In this document: positions 42,510-42,652 of the stretch, piece after piece | Numbering within the stretch: the first letter of the stretch is position 1 | How the letters are laid out: each line of letters opens with the position of its first letter | The notes under the pieces: generated by a model | The model's input: only the letters and a program-made list of their open reading frames with translations | Told to the model about the DNA's origin: nothing | Database searches by the model: none | Assembly: GCA_966252445.1 (NCBI GenBank) | Contig: CBINPH010000001.1 | Span: 1 to 42,652, forward strand | Reading direction: 5' to 3' | DNA: 42,652 bases | DNA from: an uncultured Chitinophagaceae bacterium | GTDB lineage: Bacteria; Bacteroidota; Bacteroidia; Chitinophagales; Chitinophagaceae | Made by a program: the position numbers and the translations under genes

Positions 42510-42652
42510 TCATGCGGCCACCACCGGTGCCTCCGGGGCTTTCTTCTTCCGGCTCCGCATGTAGATGAACAGGATCAGGAACGCGAAGACGAGGATGAGC
42601 GGGATGATGTTGGTCATCTTGATGACCTGGGGGCCGGCGGTGACCTGCGCCT
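42510..42652 (-). CDS. 3' end of an unidentified minus-strand gene (hydrophobic C-terminal helix plus basic tail), open to the right edge
   Basis: My reverse-complement translation gives ...AQVTAGPQVIKMTNIIPLILVFAFLILFIYMRSRKKKAPEAPVVAA, with the stop TGA at 42512-42510. It could instead be a 35-aa mini-ORF starting at the ATG at 42617. It is not in the ORF track. Confidence 0.4.
   Translation of the reverse strand, partial: AQVTAGPQVIKMTNIIPLILVFAFLILFIYMRSRKKKAPEAPVVAA

Overview
This is a 42.6-kb chromosomal segment with high G+C (roughly 60-65% by eye). It looks like a high-GC member of Bacteroidota. Exact TAnnTTTG -7 promoter boxes sit in front of several genes, many products carry lipoprotein or SpI signal peptides, and the content includes a CarboxypepD_reg/plug-type outer-membrane barrel and ThuA/DUF1080 sugar-oxidation genes.

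I support 30 protein-coding genes, two of them cut by the window edges. I found no rRNA, tRNA, CRISPR array, transposase, integrase or phage gene.

Gene content from left to right:
- ABC-F ATPase, fcl and gmd (minus strand).
- A CarH/LitR-like MerR regulator plus an ECF sigma factor, then an NAD(P)-binding protein.
- A 1256-aa TPR/transglutaminase-like protein.
- metY, an enoyl-CoA hydratase and a small OM beta-barrel.
- A CHASE3 hybrid histidine kinase.
- galM, a lone korA, and an AraC-MGMT fusion.
- A 959-aa OM barrel and two tandem secreted retropepsin-like aspartic proteases, one carrying a PDZ domain.
- An MqnC-like radical SAM enzyme and two tandem M1 metallopeptidases.
- An inositol monophosphatase, thiL, a class-3 lipase and a 4-TM cytochrome-b-like protein.
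- A five-gene minus-strand locus: Gfo/Idh/MocA oxidoreductase, xylose-isomerase-like TIM barrel, two DUF1080 lipoproteins, and a 1146-aa lipoprotein fusing ThuA, a PQQ-type sugar dehydrogenase, PKD, cytochrome c and a CBM-like domain.

Best candidates for under-described biology:
1. The hydrolase-free oxidative (3-keto-glycoside-type) sugar-processing locus at 34.9-42.4 kb.
2. The pair of pseudo-dimeric retropepsin-like proteases at 23.0-25.2 kb, upstream of an OM barrel that carries a C8 homopolymer just after its signal peptide.
3. The CarH/LitR-like regulator with a partly degenerate B12 motif, paired with an ECF sigma factor that has no adjacent anti-sigma gene.

Nearly every real gene is shadowed by a long antisense ORF. 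This is a GC3 artefact and I rejected those ORFs.

All family assignments come from reading the translations. Motif coordinates were counted by hand and could be off by a base or two.
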